Source: Deferrisomatales bacterium
GTDB taxonomy: Bacteria; Desulfobacterota; Deferrisomatia; Deferrisomatales; JACRMM01
Direction of reading: 5' to 3'
DNA: 14,749 bases
NCBI GenBank assembly: GCA_033551855.1
Contig: JAWSUI010000079.1
Span: 1 to 14,749 of the forward strand
Below are positions 1 through 7,283 of the stretch, one piece after another; the first letter of the stretch is position 1, and each line of letters starts with the position of its first letter. A program made the position numbers and the translations under genes. The notes under the pieces are model-generated. The model searched no databases, was not told the origin of the DNA, and was given only the letters and a program-made list of their open reading frames with translations.

Positions 1-239
1 GCTACGCTCAAGAGGCCCCAGTTTTCGCCGTTTCAGCCGTGCCCGGGAATTGCTGGGATGCGGGTTCGAGGGGAGAGTTAGAAGAGGGGAGACGGGAGGA
101 GGGTGGTTCTGGTATAAGGGCCCGACCCCGCCGCCCGGAGGGGCGGCCTTGTGTCAAGTGACGCCCCGCCGCGGCCGAAACGTAGGGCTGCCCGCTCTCA
201 TCTGGGCGCCTCCGAAGCGCCCTCAGGAGACGCTTCCCC

Positions 240-779
240 ATGGACGAACGGACACTCTCCCGCAGGGCCTTCTGCAAGGTTCTCGCCGTCGCGGCCCTCT
301 TCCCCGGGACCGTTGCCGCGGCGGCCGCGCCCCGGGCGGGGGCGCGCCTCGGCCTCCACAACATCCACACCGGTGAGGACCTGGATCTCACCCTCCGCCA
401 GCGGGGCCGCTACGATCGCGAGACCCTGGCCGCGCTGAACCGCTTCTTTCGTTGCCACCACACGGGTGAGATCGCGGACATCGACCCGGCCGCCGTGGAC
501 GTTCTCTGCGATCTCCGCCGCTCCCTGGGCTTCCAGGGCCGCGTCCGGATCATCTCGGGTTACCGGTCGCCGTCCTACAACGACCTCCTGCTGCGCCGCG
601 GACGCCGGGTGGCCAAACAGAGCCTGCACACCCAGGGTCTGGCCATCGACTTCGCCGTCCCCGGGCTCTCCTCGGCCCGGGTCGGCAAGGCTGCCCGGTC
701 CCTCGAGGCCGGCGGGGTGGGCGTCTACCGGGACTTCGTCCACGTCGACACGGGCCGGGTGCGGCACTGGAAGGGGTAG
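240..779 (+). CDS. YcbK/DUF882 (MepK-like, peptidase M15A) peptidoglycan metallopeptidase with Tat signal
   Basis: SRRAFC twin-arginine signal followed by a hydrophobic stretch. Family motifs HNIHTGE, LNRFFRCH, IISGYRSP and Zn-ligand motifs SLHTQGLAID and FVHVDTG. RBS AGGAGA upstream of ATG 240. Confidence 0.9.
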   Translation: MDERTLSRRAFCKVLAVAALFPGTVAAAAAPRAGARLGLHNIHTGEDLDLTLRQRGRYDRETLAALNRFFRCHHTGEIADIDPAAVDVLCDLRRSLGFQGRVRIISGYRSPSYNDLLLRRGRRVAKQSLHTQGLAIDFAVPGLSSARVGKAARSLEAGGVGVYRDFVHVDTGRVRHWKG

Positions 780-822
780 GTCGTCCTACCGGTCCTGTTC
801 TTCCGCGAAACTCCACTCCCAC

Positions 823-1032
823 CTACAGGGTGTCCTGCAGGAGGAACGTGACGCGCAGCGTCACCCGGTACTCCTGGATCACGTCGTCCTTCACGCTGGC
901 GCGCCACTCCGTCACGTGGAATCCGGTGATGTTGCGCAGGGTCTTGGCCGCCCTCTGGAAACCGGTCTTGATGGCGTCTTCGAAGCTCTTGGGGGAGGCG
1001 GCGACGATCTCGGTCACACGGGCGACGGCCAT
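823..1032 (-). CDS. Dodecin family flavin-binding protein (69 aa)
   Basis: VARVTEIVAASPKSFEDAIKTGFQRAAKTLRNI...EYRVTLRVTF matches the dodecin pattern. RBS AAGGAGG. Confidence 0.92.
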   Translation of the reverse strand: MAVARVTEIVAASPKSFEDAIKTGFQRAAKTLRNITGFHVTEWRASVKDDVIQEYRVTLRVTFLLQDTL

Positions 1033-1080
1033 GGGATTCCTCCTTCTGGGGCGCGATCAGGGGGCAGAACCGATCGCCCC

Positions 1081-1108
1081 ACCGTAACGGCCCTGCCACG
1101 CCTGTCAA
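1081..1108 (-). promoter_or_regulatory. Putative sigma70 promoter of the dodecin gene
   Basis: Minus strand reads TTGACA-16 nt-TACGGT, about 50 nt upstream of the start codon. Confidence 0.6.
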
Positions 1109-1147
1109 GGCATCCGCCCACCCAGGAACATGTGCCCGACACGTGCT

Positions 1148-1327
1148 CGGAGCCGGGGGGCCCCTCCGCTCCGCCCCGCAATCCGCGGCCAGGCGGAGGG
1201 GTGCCCCTGCAGGCCCCGGTGCCCCGGGCCTCACCTGTTTGCGCCGGACTCGGCGGGTCGGTCGAGGCGGTGCGGGGCTGCGCTGCAAGGGCTCCCCGAC
1301 CCCGCTCTCCTCCGAGGCGGGGGATCC
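1148..1327. repeat. Palindromic intergenic element made of two inverted copies of a repeat family
   Basis: 1148-1187 matches 14691-14730 at 39/40. The reverse complement of 1267-1327 aligns with 14668-14729. The two arms are imperfectly complementary to each other. Confidence 0.8.
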
Positions 1328-1420
1328 GGGGTGGCCTGCGACGGGAAGGCCCCCGATCTTTCCCCTCGCCCGAGAGGCGTGATAGCCTACCCCCTCGACC
1401 CGCACCTTGCCGGAAGACCC

Positions 1421-2755
1421 ATGGAATCGCTGCGTTTCTACATACAGACCTTCGGCTGCCAGATGAACGACCACGACAGCGGCGCCCTGGCGCGGCTGTT
1501 GGAGCAGGACGGGCACCTGGAGGTGTCCGAGGCCGCCGAGGCGGACGTGGTCCTCGTCAACACCTGCGCCATCCGCGAGCGGGCGGAGCAGAAGGTCTAC
1601 TCCCAGCTCGGGCGCTACCGGGCTCTCAAGGAGGAGCGGCCCCACCTGGTCCTGGGGGTGGGGGGGTGCGTGGCCCAGAGCGAGGGCCGAAAGGTCTTCC
1701 GGAGGGCTCCCTTCGTCGACCTGGTCTTCGGCACTCAGACCCTGCAGGAGGTGCCCGAGCTCATCCGCTCGGTGCGGGAGGACCGTCGGCGGGCCGTGGC
1801 CACCCGCATGACCGACGACCCCGAGACCATGGCGCGGCTCTACGCCCACGCCGCCGGGCGCGGCCCCCGGGCATACGTGACCGTGATGCAGGGGTGCGAC
1901 AACTACTGCGCCTACTGCATCGTGCCCTATGTGCGCGGCCGGGAGGTCTCGAGGCCGCCTGCCGAGATCGTGGCCGAGGTCGGGCGGCTGGCGGAAGCGG
2001 GCGTGGTCGAGGTCACCCTGCTGGGCCAGAACGTCAACTCCTTCGGGCAGAAGCCCCGGGGCGACGCCGACTTCCCCGAGTTGATCCGGCGGGTGGCCCG
2101 CGTGGACGGGATCCGCCGCATCCGGTTCACCACCAGTCACCCCAAGGACCTCTCCGAACGCCTGATCCGGGGCTTCGGTGAGGTGCCCCAGCTCATGCCC
2201 CACATGCACCTTCCCCTCCAGTCCGGCTCCGATCGCATCCTGGGCGCCATGCGACGTCGGTACACCCGGGAGGAGTACCTGGACCAGGTGGGGCGCCTCC
2301 GGGCGATGCGGCCCGGGATCGCGCTCACCACGGACCTCATCGTCGGCTTTCCCGGGGAGACGGAAGAGGACTTCCAGGACACCCTGCGGGTGATGGAGGA
2401 CGTGGTCTTCGACGGGGTGTTCGGGTTCAAGTTCTCCCCCCGGCCGGGTACCGCGGCGGCGGGGCTGCCCGACCCCGTGCCCGAGGTGGTGCGGGAGGAA
2501 AGGCTCTCGAGGCTCCTGAGCCTGCAGCGAGAGCACACCCTGCGCCGCCATCGGGACCTCGAGGGCCAGGTGCGCGACGTGCTGGTGGAAGGGGAGAGTC
2601 GGGCCGGGCGCGGCCAGTTGACGGGCCGGAGCCCGGAGAACCGCATCGTCAACTTCCCGGGCGACCCGGGATGGACGGGGCGGGAGGTGCCGGTGCGGAT
2701 CCTGGAGGCCGGGGCGAACTCGTTGGTGGGGGAGCCCGCGGGTCCGCCACGCTGA
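1421..2755 (+). CDS. miaB: tRNA-2-methylthio-N6-dimethylallyladenosine synthase MiaB (444 aa)
   Basis: N-terminal TFGCQMN, NTCAIRERAEQK and GGCVAQ; radical SAM motif GCDNYCAYCIVPYVRGRE; LLGQNVNS, RFTTSHP, HLPLQSGS; C-terminal TRAM domain. Start set at ATG 1421 rather than 1130. Confidence 0.96.
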   Translation: MESLRFYIQTFGCQMNDHDSGALARLLEQDGHLEVSEAAEADVVLVNTCAIRERAEQKVYSQLGRYRALKEERPHLVLGVGGCVAQSEGRKVFRRAPFVDLVFGTQTLQEVPELIRSVREDRRRAVATRMTDDPETMARLYAHAAGRGPRAYVTVMQGCDNYCAYCIVPYVRGREVSRPPAEIVAEVGRLAEAGVVEVTLLGQNVNSFGQKPRGDADFPELIRRVARVDGIRRIRFTTSHPKDLSERLIRGFGEVPQLMPHMHLPLQSGSDRILGAMRRRYTREEYLDQVGRLRAMRPGIALTTDLIVGFPGETEEDFQDTLRVMEDVVFDGVFGFKFSPRPGTAAAGLPDPVPEVVREERLSRLLSLQREHTLRRHRDLEGQVRDVLVEGESRAGRGQLTGRSPENRIVNFPGDPGWTGREVPVRILEAGANSLVGEPAGPPR

Positions 2756-2789
2756 GGCGGCGTCGGGGGGGTCAGAGGAGGGTCGAGCC

Positions 2790-3293
2790 GTGTACGTGGA
2801 GATGAAAGTGGCGGGAGTGGCGCTGGATCCCCAGAGCAAGGGGCCTGTGGTGCTGCTCCGGGACGCCGAGCAGCACTACACGCTGCCGATCTGGATCGGG
2901 ATCCTGGAGGCGGCGGCGATCGCGTACGCCCTGGAGGGGGCCGAGCCGCCGCGGCCCATGACCCACGATCTGATGAAGATGCTTTTGGAGGAGCTGGGGG
3001 CGGCCGTGCCGCGCATCGACGTGGACAGCATCGAGGACAACGTCTTCCGTGCCAAGATCCACCTCGAGCTCCCGGGCGGGGCGACGCGCCTCATCGACAG
3101 CCGCCCCTCGGATGCCCTGGCCCTGGGCCTGCGCACCGGCGCCAAGATCTTCGCCGAGGAGAAGGTCCTGCGCCGCGCGAGCAGCGTCCAGGTCAAGGAG
3201 GCCAAGGGGGGGGGCGGCGAGGAGGGGGAGGATGCCTGGAAGGAATTTCTCGAGAAGCTCGATGCGGATGCCTTCGGGAAATACAAGATGTGA
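2790..3293 (+). CDS. Bifunctional nuclease family protein (DUF151)
   Basis: LPIWIGILEAAAIA, PRPMTHDL and IDSRPSDALAL motifs. GTG start with GAGGAGG RBS. Confidence 0.93.
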   Translation: MYVEMKVAGVALDPQSKGPVVLLRDAEQHYTLPIWIGILEAAAIAYALEGAEPPRPMTHDLMKMLLEELGAAVPRIDVDSIEDNVFRAKIHLELPGGATRLIDSRPSDALALGLRTGAKIFAEEKVLRRASSVQVKEAKGGGGEEGEDAWKEFLEKLDADAFGKYKM

Positions 3294-3298
3294 CCCAC

Positions 3299-3366
3299 GA
3301 CGGGTGACGGGTGATCCGTAACCCGTGAAAGGTGAATGGGACCCCAACATCGAACTTCGAACAGCC
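3299..3366. repeat. Degenerate heptamer tandem repeats
   Basis: gacgggt gacgggt gatccgt aacccgt gaaaggt gaatggg (3299-3340), then aacatcg aacttcg aacagcc (3346-3366). Confidence 0.6.
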
Positions 3367-3423
3367 CCGACGGTTGAGGGGGGACCGGGGGGCGTCGAGA
3401 GGGCGGGGCGAAGGGAGGGCAGG

Positions 3424-4407
3424 ATGGAGGGTGCGCACTGGGTGGTACGGCACCAGTTCGGTAAGGCGTTTGCGCTCGCAGCACCCGGGGCGGCTGCGCC
3501 TCTGGAGCCTCCCCGGAGGCTCCAGGAGATCCTCCAAGAGATCCCGCCGGAGGTCTCGGAGCGCTTCTCGGGATGCGGCTCCCCCATCCCGGAGGCGGTA
3601 GAGGGCCGCCGTATCCTGGACCTGGGCTGCGGTACGGGGCGGGACGTCTTCCTGTGCGCCGCCTTGGCCGGCCCCAAGGGGTACGTGCTCGGCGTGGACC
3701 GGGAGGACGAGCTCCTGGCCGTCGCCCGGCGCCACGTGGAAGCGGTCATGGAACGCTTCGGCCACACCGAGCCCAACGTGGCCTTTCGCAAGGGGAACAT
3801 CGAGAATCTGGAGCATGCTGGCCTGGAGGACGAGGGGTTCGACGTGGTCATCTCCAACCGTGCCCTGGGCCTCATGCCCGACAAACTCAAGGTGCTGCGG
3901 GAGGTCTACCGGGTGCTCAAGACCGGCGGGGAGTTCTACTTCGCCGACGCCTATGCGGACCGACGGCTCGCGGAGGGCGCCGCGAGCGACCCCGAGGTGG
4001 GCCGAGAGCAGCTCGGGGGGGCGCTCTACGTGGGCGATTTCGCACGGCTGGGGCGCACCGCCGGCTTCGCGGACCCGCGCATCGTGGACCGCAGCCCCTT
4101 GCATCTCGCCGACCCCGACCTCCAGAGCCGGCTGGGAGGTGTCGGATTCTGGGCTGTCACCTTCCGGCTCTTCAAGGTGCGGGACCTCGAGGACGGGGAG
4201 GAGGATTACGGCCAGGCCGCCCGGTACCTAGGCACGATCCCCGGGTGCCACCACCACTTCCGCCTGGACGCCGACAACCACTTCGAGACCGGCCGCTCCC
4301 TGCGGGTCGGGGGCAATACCGCCCGCATCCTGGCCGTGTCGCGGCTCCGGCCCCACTTCGATCTCCTGGGGGACCAGTCCCTGCACTTCGGTCCCTTCTC
4401 CCGCTGA
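3424..4407 (+). CDS. ArsM/AS3MT-like SAM-dependent methyltransferase, long form, cysteine-depleted (327 aa)
   Basis: FSGCGSPIP, ILDLGCGTGRD, FDVVISN, PDKLKVLREVYRVLKTGGEFYFAD, GALY, EDYGQ. ATG 3424 follows GGGAGG. Confidence 0.85.
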   Translation: MEGAHWVVRHQFGKAFALAAPGAAAPLEPPRRLQEILQEIPPEVSERFSGCGSPIPEAVEGRRILDLGCGTGRDVFLCAALAGPKGYVLGVDREDELLAVARRHVEAVMERFGHTEPNVAFRKGNIENLEHAGLEDEGFDVVISNRALGLMPDKLKVLREVYRVLKTGGEFYFADAYADRRLAEGAASDPEVGREQLGGALYVGDFARLGRTAGFADPRIVDRSPLHLADPDLQSRLGGVGFWAVTFRLFKVRDLEDGEEDYGQAARYLGTIPGCHHHFRLDADNHFETGRSLRVGGNTARILAVSRLRPHFDLLGDQSLHFGPFSR

Positions 4408-4440
4408 GCCGGCCTGCGGTTCACCTCCCGCGGCCGCCCT

Positions 4441-4460
4441 GCCCCGCTTTCCGCCGGGGC
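4441..4460 (+). terminator. GC-rich hairpin downstream of the methyltransferase
   Basis: gccccg/cggggc stem about 35 nt after the stop; no U tract. Confidence 0.3.
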
Positions 4461-4584
4461 GGCGTACTGTCCGGGCGCACCCTCGGGCCTGGTGTCGGAT
4501 TCCGGTACGGGACCGCAGCGGTTACCGTTGTGAATCCACGGGGCGCCGGGGCTGGATCCGTCGCCGTTTCTGGCGGCGGGAACC

Positions 4585-4600
4585 GGGCACGATTGGTGCA
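4585..4600 (+). promoter_or_regulatory. Putative sigma54 (-24/-12) promoter
   Basis: GGGCACG-ATTG-GTGCA versus consensus TGGCACG-N4-TTGCW, with exact GG-N10-GC spacing. Imperfect palindrome gtgtcggattccggtac (4492-4508) lies at enhancer distance. Confidence 0.6.
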
Positions 4601-4628
4601 GATCACCTCCCACCAATTTCGGGATCAT

Positions 4629-4840
4629 CCGGGAAATGACCGGGACCTCGTGTCCGGGGACGATCGGGTGGGCCCGACCACGTAGGCGGACGGCCGCTCG
4701 ACGTGAGCAGCCGCTTCGGGAGTCGCGATGTCGCGAGGATTCCGGACGCGGCGGGGGAGAACACCTACCGTGCAGTCCGGCCTCGTCTGCCGGAGTGGGC
4801 GGGCCCACCCGATCGTTTACCGGAAGAACCCAATTTCCGG
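4629..4840 (+). ncRNA. Candidate structured RNA or leader: long rod capped by a multi-branch junction, family not recognised
   Basis: Perfect 17-bp pairing 4660-4676/4800-4816, plus nested stems ccac/gtgg and ggcggacg/cgtctgcc and outer stems 4653-4657/4820-4824 and 4629-4638/4831-4840. Confidence 0.4.
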
Positions 4841-4938
4841 CCGCCCGGACGCCTCCCTCGGACCGGGGGCCGGCAGACCGCCCTCGTCGCCCCCACTGCA
4901 CCGGGGCGCCCGGAGCGGCGGAGGGGGATGAGACTTCC

Positions 4939-5631
4939 GTGACCAGGAGATCCGAAGACCTCAAGGCCCTGAACGAGCGCCTCCTGGACGAGATCCTGCG
5001 GCGCGAGCGGGCGCAGGCCGAACTGAGCCGCGTCTCCCGGGCTTGGACCGAGACCCTGGACGCCATCGACGACCTGATTTCCGTGCACGACGCGGAGCTC
5101 CGGATCCTGCGGACCAACCGGGCTATGGGGAGGCGCTTCGGGTGCGAGCCGGGCGAGCTGGTCGGGAGGCGGTGCCACGAGCTCTTCCACGGGACCGACG
5201 AACCGTGGCCGGAGTGTCCCCACCGGAAGGCCCTGGAGACCGGCGTCACGGTGACCTGCGAGATCATCGACCCGGGCTTCGGGACCCCGCTGCAGGTGTC
5301 CTGCTCGCCCTACCGCAACGGCTCGGGGGAGGTGGTCGGCTCCGTGCACGTGGTGCGCGACATTTCGGAGCAGAAGCGCCGCGAGGAGGAGCGGGAGGCC
5401 CTGGTCGCGCAGCTCCAGGAGGCGCTGGCCCAGGCCAAGCTCCTGAGCGGCCTCCTTCCGATCTGCGCCTCCTGCAAGAGCATCCGCGACGACCAGGGCT
5501 ACTGGAACCAGATCGAGACCTACATCCGCGAGCGCTCCGACGCCGAGTTCACCCACGGCATCTGCCCGGAGTGCGCCGAGCGCCTCTACCCCCGTTGGGC
5601 CAAGAGGAGGCAGGCGGGAGGCGGGGGGTAG
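4939..5631 (+). CDS. PAS-domain signalling protein with C-terminal CxxC...CxxC domain (230 aa)
   Basis: N-terminal coiled coil; PAS (TLDAIDDLISVHD...N...ELVGRRCHELFHG...CP...VHVVRDISEQK); tail LLPICASCKSIRDDQGYWNQIETYI...FTHGICPEC. GTG 4939 follows GGAGGGGG; start is uncertain. Confidence 0.85.
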   Translation: MTRRSEDLKALNERLLDEILRRERAQAELSRVSRAWTETLDAIDDLISVHDAELRILRTNRAMGRRFGCEPGELVGRRCHELFHGTDEPWPECPHRKALETGVTVTCEIIDPGFGTPLQVSCSPYRNGSGEVVGSVHVVRDISEQKRREEEREALVAQLQEALAQAKLLSGLLPICASCKSIRDDQGYWNQIETYIRERSDAEFTHGICPECAERLYPRWAKRRQAGGGG

Positions 5632-5670
5632 GGCGGCTCCCGGAGACGGTTACGTCCGGGGAAGCCGTCC
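5631..5670. terminator. Hairpin between convergent genes
   Basis: gggcggct/agccgtcc and cccgga/tccggg stems directly after the PAS gene stop. Confidence 0.4.
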
Positions 5671-5866
5671 CGGGCGAACGGACCGTCGGAGAGCCTTGAT
5701 CCCACCCGCGTTCTCTGCCCGCCCGCAAGAGCCGCTGCGCCGAGGGTTGCGCGCCTTGGTGAGGGCGCCGCCGGGATGGGACGCCTCCCGCCGGGGACTG
5801 CTCCGGTGCCGAGGTTCCTCCCGGAGGTCCTCTCCTACACGAACTGCCTCGGGGTCCCCCTCCACT

Positions 5867-6436
5867 TCACGAACGACTCCTCCCGGTGTCCCTGTCCGCC
5901 ACCAGGTGCATCACCTGCCCCAGGGCCCGAAAGGCCTCGGCGAGGTACTCCTCCCGTTCCGCCGGCGACCCTGCCACCTGGACGTACCGGAGAGACCCTG
6001 GGTCGTACTCGTAGCCCGTGAGCCCTTTGAAGAAGCAGCGGTTCGCTGTGGGCCAGGAGTAGTCGCCTCCAAAGAGGCTGCCGCTCGGCCACGTGGACTG
6101 CACGGTGCCGAGCGCCCAGGAGGCGGCCGACACGCCGACCAGCCCTGCATCCCGCGTGGGGTCGTGGAAGTGGTGCATGGAGCGGAGCACCGGTTCGTCT
6201 TCCGAGGCTCCGCCGCGAATGATGCGTTGCCCCAGTTCGGTGCCCTGAACTGCGGAATCCAACGTCAATCCAATGCTTCTCTCCAGATGGACATTCAGAT
6301 CCAAACCGCCCAGATGTGCCAATCTCTCGATGGCGAAGCGATTTATCTCTTGATGCATCCTGGCCTCGTAACAAATGGCGGAGTTTGCCTGCATAATGGT
6401 GAAAACGAGGGTAGTAAGTACAAAGCGAATTCTCAT
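5867..6436 (-). pseudogene. Secreted protein with Zn-dependent phospholipase C / P1 nuclease-like motifs, apparently C-terminally truncated
   Basis: Signal peptide, then YEARMH, GGASED, MHHFHDP, YSW and AFRALGQVMHLVAD. The frame ends 8 codons later without the next expected His ligand. Confidence 0.6.
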
Positions 6437-7071
6437 TTTCTGCCCCCTATAGGCCGGATCTCTTCCCGGCCGATGGCCCTGCGCTCTTTATTGTACAGTT
6501 CAAAATAGTATGGCATGTGCTCGTACTAGCGCGACTGAACTGCCGTGTCCTGGTGCAGAATGTTGGGTATTCGACCTAGGTTCTTCTTTCTCTCTTCCTC
6601 GGTCTCCAGTTTCTTCAGGGGATACTCGAGGGTCTTTTCTTCGGAGGCCGTCCCCGTTGGAAGCCGACGGGGGATCAGCCCTGAGTGGAACTGCCCATAT
6701 GCCGGCTTGAACACCCAGATCTCCACCTCGTCGTCGAACCAGGTGAGGGGCAGGCGCGGGCGAAAGAGGGTCGTCGCCGGCAGGCAGAACTCGCCCCCGG
6801 CATCGGTGGCGGTCTCCTGGGTCGCGGCCCAGCGCTTCACGTCGCCCCCCAGGGAAGCGCCCACCGTGTGGTACATCCCCACCACCGCCGCGCCCTCGAT
6901 GGGCTCCCCGGTGTCCTCGTCCACGACCCGGCCGCACTGGGGCTCGTAACGGTGCACGAAGGCGCAGCCCGAGCACAGCCACAGGGCGAGGAGGGCGAGG
7001 GTGCCGAGGGCGGCGGCGGGCCGGCCGCGGCCGGTCTCCGGGCTTCCTCCTAGAAGGACTCGATTTCCCAT
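6433..7071 (-). pseudogene. Putative lipoprotein with carboxypeptidase-regulatory-like (prealbumin-fold) domain, interrupted by an in-frame TAG at 6526-6528
   Basis: RBS GAGGA; hydrophobic signal ending LCSGC; GRVVDEDTGEPIEGAAV, TDAGGEF, VFKPAY. After the TAG the frame continues 30 codons to a TGA that overlaps the next ATG (ATGA, 6433-6436). Confidence 0.7.
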
Positions 7072-7230
7072 CGCCCGTCCTCGTTCTTTCGGAATTGGAT
7101 GAAGGTGGCGACCTCGACCGGCTGGCCCTGTCGCATCTCGGTCCTGGTGAGCTCGTACTGGGCGGCGGACCCCCGCACGCGCCGTCCGCTTCCGGATCGG
7201 CCGGGACGGCCGGATCCTGGAGCCCGGAAG

Positions 7231-7263
7231 CTCCGGAGGGCGGCCAGCGGCCGCCCTCCGGAG
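7231..7263 (-). terminator. Perfect 15-bp hairpin downstream of ychF
   Basis: ctccggagggcggcc-agc-ggccgccctccggag, 20 nt past the ychF stop; no U tract. Confidence 0.55.
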
Positions 7264-7283
7264 ATGCGCGTGCCTCCTGGAGG

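Noticed and set aside
1130..1420. N-terminal extension of MiaB from 1130
   Set aside because: It runs through the palindromic repeat; MiaB homology begins just after ATG 1421.
466..2839. Long ORFs 466..2181 (+) and 725..2839 (-)
   Set aside because: Off-frame or antisense shadows of the dodecin and miaB genes; typical of high-GC DNA and without family motifs.
4629..4840. Calling the fold-back 6S RNA, SRP RNA, a riboswitch or a retron ncRNA
   Set aside because: No recognisable conserved motifs of these families, not in the zapA-ygfA context usual for 6S, and no reverse transcriptase in the window. Left as unassigned.
4611..4930. CsrA-sponge sRNA suggested by many GGA triplets
   Set aside because: The enrichment is modest for G-rich DNA, and many GGAs lie in predicted stems rather than loops.
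4636..4938. N-terminal extension of the PAS ORF from 4636
   Set aside because: Low-complexity R/P/G translation of the fold-back region; a better RBS precedes GTG 4939.
6526..6528. Genome-wide TAG reassignment
   Set aside because: The DUF882, dodecin, PAS and ychF genes end in TAG at their expected C-termini.
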